From assembly GCA_963713725.1 (NCBI GenBank), contig CAVQMZ010000014.1, forward strand, positions 69,938 to 133,937: a stretch of DNA of 64,000 nt, in the 5' to 3' direction. The position numbers and the translations under genes are program-made. The notes beneath the pieces are model-generated. The model saw nothing but the letters and a program-made list of their open reading frames with translations. It had not been told where the DNA came from and did not search any database. The DNA comes from an uncultured Bacteroidota bacterium (GTDB taxonomy: Bacteria; Bacteroidota; Bacteroidia; Bacteroidales; GCA-2748055). Below, one piece after another: positions 22,833 through 34,256 of this stretch. The number at the start of each line of letters is the position of its first letter. The stretch's first letter is position 1.

Positions 22833-22867
22833 CTAACTTCTAACTTCTAACTTCTAACTTCTAACTT
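22833..22867. repeat. Heptamer tandem repeat (CTAACTT)x5 with degenerate flanking heptamers
   Basis: Five exact copies at 22833-22867, followed by attaacc x2, between the permease and ATPase genes. Confidence 0.9.
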
Positions 22868-22880
22868 ATTAACCATTAAC

Positions 22881-24313
22881 CTATTCTGTTCTCAGCGCTT
22901 CCGATGGATCCAGACGGAGGGCTTTCAGTGCGGGATAAATGGACGACAGAATTCCGGTTAAAACAATCAATACCGCAACCATGATTGAGAATGACAGGGA
23001 AATAACCGGATAAATATGAGCGGTAAATCCCATGGCTTCAAGTCCTTCGGCATAGGAGGCAAAATTAATTCCCTTTCTGGAACTCAGCCCGATGATCACT
23101 TCACTGATGAACATTCCTGCCACTCCGCCAACCAGGGAAAGAAAGACCGACTCCAGCATAATCATTTTAAATACCCGTTTTTTATTCATGCCAATGGCAG
23201 TGAGCATGCCCAGTTCTTTGGTTCTTTCCAATACCACCATCAACATGGTATTGACAATGCCGAAGGCAAGGGCTGCCAGGATAATGACCATAAAAATTGC
23301 ATAGAACTGTTGTACCATATCGGTCATCATGGCCAGGTCGGGCTGAATTTCCTTCCAATGCATTACTTCCAGCCCCGGCAGCTCTTCTTTTAATACATCA
23401 GCCACTTCTTTGCTTGCCTGGGGATCATTGAGCCTGATGATCATCTGGTGACATTCGCCCGGTGCCATGCCTGTCAGGGATATCAGGTCACTGTTTCTGA
23501 CCAGGACCTGGCTCATTTCGAACATTGAATTTTTTATGTCGTATATCCCGGCGATCCGGAAGACAGCCCCGGTCTGAACCTGGTTTTTGTCCAGGAAGGT
23601 GAGGGTCATTTTGGAACGTGCCCTGAATGACCAGGCCTCAGCCAGGATCATGCGACCCCACCTGCGTTGTTCTTTCAGGCATAGTAAATGCTTTTCAGCT
23701 CCTTTTTAAATGCTTTTTCACTTTTAAACCTTTCTCCGGAAAATGGACGAAGCTTTATAATAATTTCTTCGGGGACCTCCATTGCCGCAAGGTTTTCAAG
23801 ATCCTCATCCTCGATGATGAAACGGATAATATTCAGCTCTTTGGCCAGTTCCTGACCAATATATGCCTGGAGGTACCTGCTTTCGGTTTCGAAAAAGTCG
23901 CCCGTTCCCGGGATGGTGGTTTCATAAAGGCGAAATACCTCCTTTTCTCCCTCCGGATCGATTCCCTGGATCTGTACACCTGCACTTTTGCTTGCCGTAT
24001 TGGCCATCCCGGTAATGAGGGTGCGACTTGTTACTGCTTCCACCCCTTTTGTTTTCTCAATAATGCTCAGTACCTGCTCGGGATTATCAATGGTGAGCTG
24101 GATGTCATAATTGTCTCTGAAGTCGGGATCATTGATATGTATGTGTGCAATTTCATCATTCAGGGCAGCATCAACGCGTTGTGCAATGGCCCCGTTCATC
24201 ACAGCCACGGCGAAGATGCCTCCGAAGATTCCGATGGTGACTGAGATAATCACTACGAGGCTTCGGACTTTGTTTCGCCAGACGTTTTTCCAAGCTGTTT
24301 TCCAGATCATCAT
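22881..24313 (-). CDS. ABC permease (LolC/E-like), frameshifted near 23,660
   Basis: AWKNVWRNKVRS at the N-terminus; GIVNTMLMVVLERTKELGML.AIGM and YPALKALRLDP.EALR at the C-terminus. Confidence 0.88.
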
Positions 24314-24336
24314 TTCTATTTTATGCCCTTAAAGCG

Positions 24337-25743
24337 TTAACAACTTTTAATCCCAATGATCTTTCTGATGGGATAGCCTATGGCCATGAGAACCATGGCC
24401 AGTACAATAATGATTTGGGAGATATAATAGCGGTCGATGCCCCAGAATGCCATTTTGGGTTCCATCCCATATTCTTCAAACATGAGGGCCATCTCTCCCT
24501 TAAATATAATCGGGTGGTCTACTCCGTAGAGAATTACAAGGGTCGCAACAGCAGATCCGGCCAGCACTCCCATTAATCCGATCAGTAGCATTTCCATGGT
24601 CATGATCGACGATAGTTTTTTCTTCTGCATCCCAATGGCCACAAGTACTCCGAATTCCCTTTTCCTCTCGGCAGTGAGCATCAGCACAGTTCCAAACACC
24701 CCAAAAGCAATGACCATGTAGAGGATCCCAAGCATGATCTGTCCGCTCTTATCATCGGCATCCATCTGAGAGACCATCACCTCGTTCATCTCCCTCCATT
24801 CCATGATTCGATGCTGACCATATAAGTTGCTATTCAGTCTTCTTACTGTCTCTGCAATGGCTTTGTCCTTGTTGTTGTCAACGGCCAGTGCCAGGGATGT
24901 GATATTATTTTCCGCATTATAAAGTTCCTGGCACACATCAAGTGGCAGGTAAACAATCTTATTGTCCATATCGGGCAGAGGGATTTTAACAATTCCCTTG
25001 ATTTCATATTTACCGGCTGCCGTAGAGGCGTGGTAACCCTGACCGATCAGAACAATGGTATCGCCGATTCCAAGCTCCATGTAACTGGCAAGTTTATCGC
25101 CCAACCAGACTCCCGGCTCACCCATATTGATGCTTCCATTATCGTATGAAGCATATTTTTCTATCAAAGGCATCCACTGGGAAGCCTCCTTGTCTTTTAT
25201 TCCCAGGTCCAGTTGAAGCCTGGAGGAGTGGGTATAGGCACTATTTTCGAAGAGCACTGCCAGCTCTTTTATTTTTTGAGGGAGATCAGGATTCTGACCA
25301 ATCTTCTCAAGCACTTCGGGCGTGAGACGGTATTTGACCATTTTATCACTTACCTTCGAGAGGTGTTTTTCCTTTTCCGGATCCACACCCATAACCAGAA
25401 CTCCCTTGGTTCGCGGGCCATTGGAGGCCAGGGCAAAGGATTCAAAACGAGGAATTGTAGCGCTTACATTTTCATCGGCCAGGGCCTGTTGTTCCATTTC
25501 GGGCTCGAAGGAGAAAGTATTATCCACTGTTTTTTCATCCCAGAAATCCGGGTGTTGTATCTGTATATATCCCGAGTAGGATTCGATGGCATTTTTGTAC
25601 ATATGGTCATATGAGCCCAGTTGGATCGACCGCATCACCAGGGCAAAAAAGACGGCAAAGAAGATGGATGCCGAAGTAATCATTGTTCGGCGACGGTTTC
25701 GCCAGAGGTTTCTCCATGCAAGTTTTAAATTGTTCATAAACAA
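24337..25743 (-). CDS. ABC permease (LolC/E-like)
   Basis: LAWRNLWRNRRRT, GVFGTVLMLTAERKREFGVLVAIGM. The last few codons are probably frameshifted. Confidence 0.9.
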   Translation of the reverse strand: MFMNNLKLAWRNLWRNRRRTMITSASIFFAVFFALVMRSIQLGSYDHMYKNAIESYSGYIQIQHPDFWDEKTVDNTFSFEPEMEQQALADENVSATIPRFESFALASNGPRTKGVLVMGVDPEKEKHLSKVSDKMVKYRLTPEVLEKIGQNPDLPQKIKELAVLFENSAYTHSSRLQLDLGIKDKEASQWMPLIEKYASYDNGSINMGEPGVWLGDKLASYMELGIGDTIVLIGQGYHASTAAGKYEIKGIVKIPLPDMDNKIVYLPLDVCQELYNAENNITSLALAVDNNKDKAIAETVRRLNSNLYGQHRIMEWREMNEVMVSQMDADDKSGQIMLGILYMVIAFGVFGTVLMLTAERKREFGVLVAIGMQKKKLSSIMTMEMLLIGLMGVLAGSAVATLVILYGVDHPIIFKGEMALMFEEYGMEPKMAFWGIDRYYISQIIIVLAMVLMAIGYPIRKIIGIKSC

Positions 25744-25760
25744 GAATTATAATATATTAC

Positions 25761-26522
25761 TTAACGAAGTCGTTTCATATTCTGCTGAGAAAAAAAGCTG
25801 TCTTCGATGGGCTGGTTGAACTGCACCTCCTTTATTTCAATCACAGTTTTATGCCCCTCCTCCTCGGCCGGAACCAGCTCTATGCGGCAGGGAATCAGAC
25901 GTCCGTCCATCTCTTTGATATCACTTCCGGTTTCGCTTCGGACCAGGTAACCATCCTCGTCGTAAAGTTCGGATTTCATGAAGAGGAAATCCTTTTTATC
26001 AATCCATCGGATCTGGTGTCCCCATATGACCGCAGCCTCCTCTTTTGCAAGCATCTTGATTTTAAAGCAAAGCCGGCCATCCATCTCCTCTTCGCCGATA
26101 AGCTCATGGTTATAATCGTTAACTATGGAGGACTCCTTCAAAATATCATCGTTGGTATAATCAGATCCCATCCAGCCCTGTGACATCATGGAAGGGGGAA
26201 GCTTGATCAGACGGCTGATGGTGGGATTCCAGTTCCACATTTCCTGTTCTCTTTTCAGGAAGGACTGTCCCTTGTCCTTAGCCGGAGCCGTAATCAGGGT
26301 CATGGAATATATCTTTCCGCTGTTCCAGGTTTTAAATTCAATGGTCCTGTCCCATGTGGGCCTTACGATGGTCATGGACATGATGGAGGTCGAGGTTTTT
26401 TCGCCGTTGAATTTTTCATCGGCTTTGCGGATGATCTCTTTGGGCGATAAGTCCTGGCCCAGGGCGGGAAGAAAAATCCCTGTGGAAAGTATAATTAAAG
26501 AGAGGACTGCTAATTTTTTCAT
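25761..26522 (-). CDS. Outer-membrane lipoprotein-sorting (LolA-like) protein
   Basis: Signal peptide; AP.KDKGQSFLK, WMGSDYTNDD, FFSQQNMKRLR. Confidence 0.85.
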   Translation of the reverse strand: MKKLAVLSLIILSTGIFLPALGQDLSPKEIIRKADEKFNGEKTSTSIMSMTIVRPTWDRTIEFKTWNSGKIYSMTLITAPAKDKGQSFLKREQEMWNWNPTISRLIKLPPSMMSQGWMGSDYTNDDILKESSIVNDYNHELIGEEEMDGRLCFKIKMLAKEEAAVIWGHQIRWIDKKDFLFMKSELYDEDGYLVRSETGSDIKEMDGRLIPCRIELVPAEEEGHKTVIEIKEVQFNQPIEDSFFSQQNMKRLR

Positions 26523-26538
26523 GGTTTTTGACTTTACA

Positions 26539-27144
26539 TTATGCTTTTTTCTGGGTCAGCATTCCTATGACGCGTTCTTCATAGCTTCGTACCAGTTCTT
26601 CCGGCAATTCATAGCCGCTTTCAGTATAAACCAGCAAAACGCCAAATCCTTCTATCAGTGCTGAAAAGGTGAGCATTTCCAGGGCAGGATTCTCAAATCC
26701 CTGATCGGTGAAATAGTTCATCATCATAGGGCCATATTGATCCATAATATTGCTGAAGGGTTTTCCTGCAAGGAGTTCTTTAACCCTGGGCTGAAAAATA
26801 ATGTTGATATATAGAATCCAGAATTGCTGATTGTCCAGCATAGATCTGAATACTTCCCTGATAAATCCTTCTAACTCTTCGGTGGTAAGAATCCCGTCGT
26901 GATCAGGATCAAAAAATGCCATGATATCACTCATGCCTTCTTCAATAAGGGCTATCAGGAGGGCTTCTTTGCTGTGAAAGTAATTGTACATCAGGCCCTT
27001 GGATATGCCGGCATGAGAGGCTAACCTGGAAATGGAACAATGGCTGTATCCTTCCGTGGCAAATAGTTCAAGGGCAGCATTCATGATCTGCTCCCTTCTT
27101 GATTCGCGCATCTCTTCGAACTGTTCCTTTGTGCGTGGTGACAT
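26539..27144 (-). CDS. TetR/AcrR family transcriptional regulator
   Basis: IMNAALELFATEGY..SISRLASHAGISKGLMYNYFHSKE helix-turn-helix. Confidence 0.93.
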   Translation of the reverse strand: MSPRTKEQFEEMRESRREQIMNAALELFATEGYSHCSISRLASHAGISKGLMYNYFHSKEALLIALIEEGMSDIMAFFDPDHDGILTTEELEGFIREVFRSMLDNQQFWILYINIIFQPRVKELLAGKPFSNIMDQYGPMMMNYFTDQGFENPALEMLTFSALIEGFGVLLVYTESGYELPEELVRSYEERVIGMLTQKKA

Positions 27145-27154
27145 AATTTATGAC

Positions 27155-27174
27155 TGACCGTTCGGTCAAAGATA
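27155..27174 (-). promoter_or_regulatory. TetR operator palindrome overlapping the -7 promoter box
   Basis: TGACCGTTCGGTCA (27155-27168) overlaps minus-strand TATCTTTG (27167-27174), about 10 nt upstream of the tetR ATG. Confidence 0.75.
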
Positions 27175-27225
27175 AAACACGATAGCACATATTTCCAAAT
27201 CTTTTTTAGTTTATTTTGATTTAAC

Positions 27226-27254
27226 TGTAACTTTCACCTGAGCAGATCGTCCTA
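27226..27254 (+). promoter_or_regulatory. ECF sigma-type promoter (probable autoregulation)
   Basis: TGTAAC-N16-CGTC upstream of the ECF gene; a near-identical motif occurs at 42282-42311 on the minus strand. Confidence 0.65.
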
Positions 27255-27275
27255 TTAAGCAAGCAAAGCGTATTC

Positions 27276-27761
27276 ATGACGGTAGAGGAGTACAATAAGG
27301 CAGTAGACACATATGCCGATAATCTTTACAGGTTCGTTTTAAAAAACCTGAAGGATGAGCATATGTCGGGCGATATTGTACAGGAAACTTACGAAAAGTT
27401 ATGGGTGAAGCTGGAGGGAGTAAGCTTTCTTAAGGTAAAGACCTATCTCTTCACAAGTGCCTATCACACCATGATTGATTATATCAGGAAAGAGAAACGC
27501 TATGCCAGCGTGGATCCTGCTGAATTTATCGAGCCTTCCCATTCGGCTCATTATTCGGACCTCTCGGAAGTGCTTGAAAAAGCAGTGGATTCTTTGCCGG
27601 AAGACCAAAAATCAGTAGTAATGCTGAGGGACTATGAAGGATACTCCTATCGGGAGATTGCTGAAATAACCGGTCTTTCGGAATCGCAGGTAAAGGTATA
27701 CATATACAGGGCCAGAATTTTCCTGAAGAATTATATTGGTAGCATGGAAACGGTAATTTAA
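27276..27761 (+). CDS. ECF RNA polymerase sigma factor
   Basis: Region 2 (DIVQETYEKLW..KTYLFTSAYHTMIDYIRK) and region 4 (LPEDQKSVVMLRDYEGYSYREIAEI). Confidence 0.93.
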   Translation: MTVEEYNKAVDTYADNLYRFVLKNLKDEHMSGDIVQETYEKLWVKLEGVSFLKVKTYLFTSAYHTMIDYIRKEKRYASVDPAEFIEPSHSAHYSDLSEVLEKAVDSLPEDQKSVVMLRDYEGYSYREIAEITGLSESQVKVYIYRARIFLKNYIGSMETVI

Positions 27762-27769
27762 GTTAAGGG

Positions 27770-28901
27770 ATGGATATCAACAGAAATAATTATGAAGCAT
27801 GGCTTCTGGATCTTATGGAGGGCAGATTGTCTTCCCGGGAGGCTCAGGAAGTGCGTGATTTTATTTCGCTGAATCCGGATTGTGCCGTGGGTCAGGAGAA
27901 TTTTGAGCCTTTGATTCTCGAAGCGGGGAATCTTTCCTTTTCTGGAAAGACTGCACTCCGAAAAGAGCTCCCCGATTTTAACTCTCCTGTTTCAGAAAAG
28001 GATTTTGATCTTTTTTCCATCGCCAGCATGGAAGGCGATTTAAGTGAAGTCCAGCAGAAGGACTATCAACAAATCCTGGACGGGGATGAGGAAAAAATGA
28101 AGGAATGGCTTCGCTGGAAGCAAATGAAACTAAGGGGAAAAGTCATTTTGTTTCCGCGAAAAAATTCTTTGAAAAAGCGGGTCCTTCCTCCTTCAGGGCT
28201 AATCTGGATTGGTGTCGCCTCTGCAGCTGCTGCGCTCATATTGTTTTTTACCCTCTTCAGCCCCGACCAGACGTATAAATTCCACAGCTCCCGTGGCCCA
28301 GGAGACTCCCCAAAGCATTGTATCTCCTGCTCAGCAGGAGGGCCTGGATGTTGTCGGAGAAGACATCATTACAGAAGCTCCCACAGAGGAAGCCGTGATA
28401 CTGGAAGAGCCTTCAAATACTTCGGCTCGAATGGCCGGTGAAACTTCCATTCTCACCATAAGAAAATACCAGAATCCTCCTGAATTAAGTGGTGAAAAGA
28501 TGGATAGCAGCATCCAGGAACTAAAGGAGGCCGAGCTGCAGGAAAGACCCATCAGAATGGCCGTGCTGGAGTCTAATTTGATGAGACCTCCCCTTGAGGG
28601 GAGTTATGACAAAATAGAGAAGCTCGATTTTGCATCCGAGGCAGTAAATACAGAAAGTCGGAGGGTGGATGAGTATGCAGAAGAGGGATTAAAGGAAAGC
28701 TATCGGACGTTTTTGGAGGAGAAGGATATTTCTTTGCTTAGCATAGCCAGTGCCAGTGTGGATGGAATCAACCGCGTTTCCGGTTCGGATCTTAAATTAA
28801 ATGTAGCCAGGGATGAAGAGGGCGAAGTAAGAGGATTCAGGTTCAGATCCGCATTAATTTCAATTGACGCTCCGGTAAAAAAGCGAAATAATTCCCAATA
28901 A
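27770..28901 (+). CDS. Putative membrane-anchored anti-sigma factor (frameshift near 28,270)
   Basis: MDINRNNYEAWLLDLMEGRLS anti-sigma-like N-terminus directly after the ECF gene; one TM helix; continues in ORF 28209-28901. Confidence 0.65.
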
Positions 28902-28955
28902 ATGCAACCTGCTCTTAGCTTGCTTGTCTTTAAAGCAAAATCAATCGCCTGAATC

Positions 28956-29555
28956 ATGAAAAAATTTACACTCGCAGGATTAATCCTGCTTTTTGCAATC
29001 ACATCCTGGTCACAGGACAAGGAATATAAAACCATTGTCGATTTTAATGATGCAAGAATCTCAGGAATGGGAGGACTGATGATGCAGTTTACTGCAGTGG
29101 ATGGGAATTTCGCCCATATGCTGGGTGGGGGCGGAGCAGTCCTGATTGGTGACTTCTTTTTTGGGGCATACGGACTGGGCCTTACCAACTCGATTTATGT
29201 GGACCGGCCTGACTATTCTGATTATCAGGCAGGCGACAAACTCAGTTTAGGCCATGGAGGTTTCTGGTTGGGCTACTCCCTATTTGGTGAAAAAGCAATT
29301 CACCTGACCTTCTCTTCCCTGATTGGTTGGGGAACCCTTGGCATTCGTTCGGATTATTACCCGGAACCTCTTTATCCGGATGGTGTTTTTGTGATCAGTC
29401 CGACCATTGAGGCTGAAATCAATATGACTCAGTTTTTCAGGATTGGTGTGGGTGCAAGCTATAACATCTTTAGCTTTGTAGATCTTCCGGGATACAGTTC
29501 ATCGGATATCTCGGCTCCGGGAGGCTTCCTCGCTTTTAAGTTCGGTTGGTTCTAA
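28956..29555 (+). CDS. Small outer-membrane beta-barrel protein
   Basis: Signal peptide, Gly/aromatic-rich strands, C-terminal FKFGWF. Upstream TGCAAC-N16-TGTC (28903-28928). Confidence 0.65.
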   Translation: MKKFTLAGLILLFAITSWSQDKEYKTIVDFNDARISGMGGLMMQFTAVDGNFAHMLGGGGAVLIGDFFFGAYGLGLTNSIYVDRPDYSDYQAGDKLSLGHGGFWLGYSLFGEKAIHLTFSSLIGWGTLGIRSDYYPEPLYPDGVFVISPTIEAEINMTQFFRIGVGASYNIFSFVDLPGYSSSDISAPGGFLAFKFGWF

Positions 29556-29620
29556 TCTGTCAGATTATTCTTCATTTTCCTTCCATCAATTTTCCTTACT
29601 TTTGAGTAAAATCATGATGT

Positions 29621-30547
29621 TTGGAAGAGGGAGTTGTTATAAAATCCACGGGTAGCCGCTATACAGTAAAAACAGCTGATGGAGCAATTGTTCCCTGCGG
29701 TATCCGGGGCAAATTCAGAATAAAGGGAATTCGGGCTACCAATCCTGTGGCTGTAGGCGACAGGGTGCGTTTCGAAATGAGTGTGGATAAGGAAGCAGGA
29801 ACCATTGTTTCCATCGGAGAGCGTTCCAACTACATCATACGCCGCTCATCAAATCTCTCAAAGGAGTACCAGCTACTGGCATGCAATGTGGATCTGACAT
29901 GGCTCATGGTATCTCTGGTCTCACCCAGAACCCACACGGCTTTTATTGACCGTTTCCTGGCTTCAGCCGAAGCATACAGGATACCCGTGATTCTCCTTTT
30001 TAATAAGACGGATCTTTATGGGGAAGTTGAGTTAGAGGAAATGCAGGAGCTGGAGGAAATATATTCCCGTATTGGTTACCGTACAATGAGATTATCCCTG
30101 CAAACCAGAGAGGGCCTCGATGAGCTGGCCCTGGAAATGAAGGGAAAGTTGAATGTAATTGCCGGGAATTCCGGTGTGGGGAAATCAACCCTGATAAATA
30201 TCCTTGATCCAAGCTTCAGGCTGAAGACGGGTTTTATTTCTGATTCCCATCAAACCGGAAAACACACCACTACCTTTGCAGAAATGTTTGAACTTAAATC
30301 GGGCATCAAGATTATTGATACTCCGGGAATCAGGGGGTTCGGGACCATTGACATCGAGCGTAGTGAGCTCTTTCATTTTTTCCCTGAAATATTTCTGTCC
30401 AGCAAAAAATGTAAATATCATAACTGCATTCATTTTAATGAACCCGGATGCAGTGTTAAAGCGGATGTGGATGCCGGAATTATCAGTGAATCAAGGTATC
30501 TGAACTATTTGATGATGCTTGAGGAGGAAGATGGAAAATATCGATAA
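29621..30547 (+). CDS. rsgA: Ribosome small subunit-dependent GTPase A
   Basis: NKTD, GNSGVGKST, GKHTTT, DTPG, CKYHNCIHFNEPGC zinc finger. Confidence 0.96.
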   Translation: MEEGVVIKSTGSRYTVKTADGAIVPCGIRGKFRIKGIRATNPVAVGDRVRFEMSVDKEAGTIVSIGERSNYIIRRSSNLSKEYQLLACNVDLTWLMVSLVSPRTHTAFIDRFLASAEAYRIPVILLFNKTDLYGEVELEEMQELEEIYSRIGYRTMRLSLQTREGLDELALEMKGKLNVIAGNSGVGKSTLINILDPSFRLKTGFISDSHQTGKHTTTFAEMFELKSGIKIIDTPGIRGFGTIDIERSELFHFFPEIFLSSKKCKYHNCIHFNEPGCSVKADVDAGIISESRYLNYLMMLEEEDGKYR

Positions 30548-30605
30548 CTTTTCTGAGGCATATGGAAAATAGTTTATAAGTTTATGAGCCAACTCTCAGC
30601 GATTT

Positions 30606-33467
30606 ATGATTAAGAATAATGTCATATCGGGCCTGATCCTGCTTCTCATTCTTGCCCTTAACGGACTTACCATTTACAATATCAATAAGCGATATGTGGG
30701 TTTCCTTAGTGAAACCCTTGAGATGCAGGCCCAGAAATGCGGGGAGTATATGGAGAATACCCTGCTTCTGTTTTCAAGTGACATTAACCAGGAGCTTGAC
30801 CGCTACACTTATTCCGAGATTTTCGGAAATCCGGACAAGTTCAGGGAAGCCACACAGAGTCTGCGTCTTTTCTACACCAAATACAGGGATCTTATCACCA
30901 ATATTTCGGTGTATGATGACAAAAGAAATTTTTATGCCCTCTATCTCGATACGGAGGATAAGTTTGGGAAACGGGACTATTTTCTGGTAGACAGTTTTCC
31001 CCGAAGATACCAGCTGGACCTTAATTCCCGTCACCGGGTCGAGCAAAAGGGCTCCGTCCTGAAATACTTCTATCCCTATTTCGGTGATGATGTGGTTAAT
31101 GGCAATGTGATGGTCGAAGTGGATATTGAACGTTTTGCCAATAAAGTATTTGATCTCTACCCGGTGGGTAAAACGGTAACCTGGCAATGGATTCTGGATG
31201 CCGGCGGCAATGTAATCATTGACAATTTTGACTCAGATTCGGTTTCCATCACTAATCTTGCGGAGTTAAGCGACAGTGTGGCCCATGAGTCGGTGGGAAT
31301 TCTGGAACATACTTTTGTGAGTCCGGAGGGGAAAGATAAAGTTTATACTGCCTACTATCCCCTTTCTATCTATTCCAAGAAAATGGGCATCATGTTTTCC
31401 ATTGCCCGAAGTCATTATTTTCAATTCTTCCTGCACTGGAACCTTTTTGTGGCCATAATAATACAGCTGATATTCACCGGACTGGTCATATTTTTGCTTC
31501 TGAATATGGGGAAACAAAAGAAGAAGGAGAAGCGACTCAAACTTTCGGAAATCATCCTCAGACAGATTCTTGAACACTATCCTGTGGGGATTATGATTAT
31601 TGATGAGAATCATATTATCCGCAATATTAACGGCGCTGCCCAAAAGATGCTGTTCCTGGGTAAATCTGATAACCTGGTTGGAAAGGATTTCAACAAGCAA
31701 TTCCTGATCTCAAATAAATACCTGCTCAGTGATGGCCCCAGTCCGTTTCTGGACGATTCTCATTATCTCTACTATGAAAAAGATGGGATTGAAACCGTTA
31801 TTTTCCGGACCGAAAAGGTGACAAATATTGGGGGTGAAGAGTTAAAACTGATTGCCCTGATCGATGTTTCACCGCTTGAAAAATCAAGAAAGGGAGAAGT
31901 TGCAGCCAACAGGGCGAAATCGGATTTCCTGGCAGCCATGAGTCATGAGATCAGGACACCCATGAATGGCATTCTCGGAATGGTAAATACAGTTCTGGAG
32001 CAGGATAATCCTAAGGAGTTGCAGGGGAAAATCGAGGTTATAAAAAGCTCGGCAGAATTATTGATGACCATCATCAATGATATTCTGGACTTCTCGAAGA
32101 TAGAAGCCGGCCGGATGATGCTTGAGGAAATACCTTTCACCCTTTCGGATGAGCTGGAACTGGTGGGTGAGCTTTTCCGACCACTTGCCGAGGAAAAAGG
32201 TCTCAAACTGGAAATTGGGATGAAACCCGATGTTCCCAATAAGTTGATCGGGGATCCCTTCCGTTTAAGGCAGGTCATCTCAAACCTTGTGAGCAATGCC
32301 GTGAAGTTCACAGAACAGGGAAAAATTGTTATTGGATGCACACTGACTGAATCCTATAAAACCCAGGTAAATCTGCTTTTTACAGTGGAAGATTCCGGGA
32401 TTGGAATCCCCCAGGACCGTATCAAGGAAATTTTCGGATCCTATACCCAGGCTCGGGGATCTGTACAACGAAAGTTTGGTGGAACCGGACTGGGCACTGC
32501 CATTTCAAAACAGCTGGTTGAGCTCATGCATGGAGAGATCTGGGTGGAGAGCCCCTCATCCATTTCCTCAGGACAGGAATTCCCTGGATCTAAGTTCAGC
32601 TTTACCATCGACGCATATTCCAACGAAAGGATTCCCAAAGCATTCAATTTTGAGGAGATTGCCCATTTACGCGATATCAATGTGCTGATCCTTACCAAAG
32701 AGTCAGATCCTTCCAGGAACACCATGGCCAGAATGCTGGACAAATTCGGACTGAAGGTGGTTACCAAGATTTACCAGGACAGTACAATGGATAGTGTGAT
32801 TCACCATCTTCAAATGAAGGAGGGGGTATACCAGCTGGTTATCCTGGTGGATAAAAATCAGCTGGATGGCTTTGCGGTCGCCCAGGAGATGCAGAATAAG
32901 GAGCTTACCAACAAGTATCCCATTGTGCTTGTAAGTTCCAACGACAAAACAGGGAATTATAAAACCTGTCGGAAACTGGGAATTGATTTCTACCTTATTG
33001 AACCCTTCGAAACCAAGGAAGTTTTCGATGTGCTGTCAGAAATATTCCCGGGCATTGTTGACTTGAAAAACTTCGAACCCATGCTAAATGCCTTGCCAGA
33101 AGATCTTTCTATTCTACTGGCCGAGGATAACCTTATCAATCAGAAGGTGGCCCAGTCTATTTTCAAAAATATTGGTTATGAAATTGATATTGCCAAAAAT
33201 GGAAAAGAGGCCGTTGATATGATGGAAAATGGAAAATATGATGTGCTCTTCATGGATCTTTTAATGCCCGAAATGGACGGATACCAGGCCACCTCCCAGA
33301 TCCGGAAATCGGGCCACACCCTTCCCATCATTGCCATGTCGGCAGATGAAGATGATATTACAAGGAAAGCTGCTTTTGAGGCAGGGATGAATGAATATGT
33401 CAGAAAACCCGCCCGGGTAGAAAACGTCAAGCAGCTGCTGATCAAACTATTTTCAACCAGTATTTAG
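30606..33467 (+). CDS. Membrane hybrid sensor histidine kinase (PAS-like, HisKA, HATPase, degenerate REC plus REC)
   Basis: [49 protein letters not shown]. Confidence 0.93.
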   Translation: MIKNNVISGLILLLILALNGLTIYNINKRYVGFLSETLEMQAQKCGEYMENTLLLFSSDINQELDRYTYSEIFGNPDKFREATQSLRLFYTKYRDLITNISVYDDKRNFYALYLDTEDKFGKRDYFLVDSFPRRYQLDLNSRHRVEQKGSVLKYFYPYFGDDVVNGNVMVEVDIERFANKVFDLYPVGKTVTWQWILDAGGNVIIDNFDSDSVSITNLAELSDSVAHESVGILEHTFVSPEGKDKVYTAYYPLSIYSKKMGIMFSIARSHYFQFFLHWNLFVAIIIQLIFTGLVIFLLLNMGKQKKKEKRLKLSEIILRQILEHYPVGIMIIDENHIIRNINGAAQKMLFLGKSDNLVGKDFNKQFLISNKYLLSDGPSPFLDDSHYLYYEKDGIETVIFRTEKVTNIGGEELKLIALIDVSPLEKSRKGEVAANRAKSDFLAAMSHEIRTPMNGILGMVNTVLEQDNPKELQGKIEVIKSSAELLMTIINDILDFSKIEAGRMMLEEIPFTLSDELELVGELFRPLAEEKGLKLEIGMKPDVPNKLIGDPFRLRQVISNLVSNAVKFTEQGKIVIGCTLTESYKTQVNLLFTVEDSGIGIPQDRIKEIFGSYTQARGSVQRKFGGTGLGTAISKQLVELMHGEIWVESPSSISSGQEFPGSKFSFTIDAYSNERIPKAFNFEEIAHLRDINVLILTKESDPSRNTMARMLDKFGLKVVTKIYQDSTMDSVIHHLQMKEGVYQLVILVDKNQLDGFAVAQEMQNKELTNKYPIVLVSSNDKTGNYKTCRKLGIDFYLIEPFETKEVFDVLSEIFPGIVDLKNFEPMLNALPEDLSILLAEDNLINQKVAQSIFKNIGYEIDIAKNGKEAVDMMENGKYDVLFMDLLMPEMDGYQATSQIRKSGHTLPIIAMSADEDDITRKAAFEAGMNEYVRKPARVENVKQLLIKLFSTSI

Positions 33468-33471
33468 TAAG

Positions 33472-34239
33472 ATGCATTCACACGATTTGGAATACAGGAT
33501 TATCGGAGACGATATCCAGCTAGTAGAGATTGAACTGGATCCCATGGAAACTGTCATTGCCGAAGCCGGTTCAATGATGTATATGGATTCGGGAATCGCT
33601 TTTGAAACAAAAATGGGTGATGGCTCTGATCCCAACCAGGGAATGATGAGTAAGCTTCTGTCTGCGGGTACCAGGATACTCACCGGTGAATCCCTGTTTG
33701 TTACCCACTTTACCAATCGTGAGGGAAGGAAACAGCGTGTTGCCTTTGCTGCCCCCTACCCGGGAAAAATTGTTCCCATAGACCTGGGCATGCTGGGTGG
33801 TTCTCTGATTGTTCAAAAGGATGGCTTTCTATGCGCGGCAAAAGGAACCCGCATTAGCATTACACTGAACCGTAAGATTGGTGCCGGCCTGGTTGGAGGT
33901 GAAGGCTTCATTCTTCAAAAGCTTGAAGGAGATGGTAAGGCTTTTATGCATGCCGGGGGAACTGTGATTGAGCGCCGCCTGAACAATGAGTCACTGAAAA
34001 TCGATACAGGATGTGTTGTGGGCTATACGCCCGGAATAGAATTTAATATTGAGGCTTCCGGCAGCCTGCGATCCATGGTATTTGGCGGTGAAGGCATCTT
34101 CCTGGCGACCCTGAGGGGAACAGGGACCGTATGGCTTCAATCCATGCCCATCAGGAAGCTTATTCAGGCCATATCCCCCTATGGAAAAAATGTACGCAAG
34201 GAAAGCCAGTCGATTCTTGGTAATTTCCTTGACCGCTAA
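33472..34239 (+). CDS. TIGR00266/AIM24 family protein
   Basis: [53 protein letters not shown]. Confidence 0.9.
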   Translation: MHSHDLEYRIIGDDIQLVEIELDPMETVIAEAGSMMYMDSGIAFETKMGDGSDPNQGMMSKLLSAGTRILTGESLFVTHFTNREGRKQRVAFAAPYPGKIVPIDLGMLGGSLIVQKDGFLCAAKGTRISITLNRKIGAGLVGGEGFILQKLEGDGKAFMHAGGTVIERRLNNESLKIDTGCVVGYTPGIEFNIEASGSLRSMVFGGEGIFLATLRGTGTVWLQSMPIRKLIQAISPYGKNVRKESQSILGNFLDR

Positions 34240-34256
34240 ACAAACACTTTAGGGGT

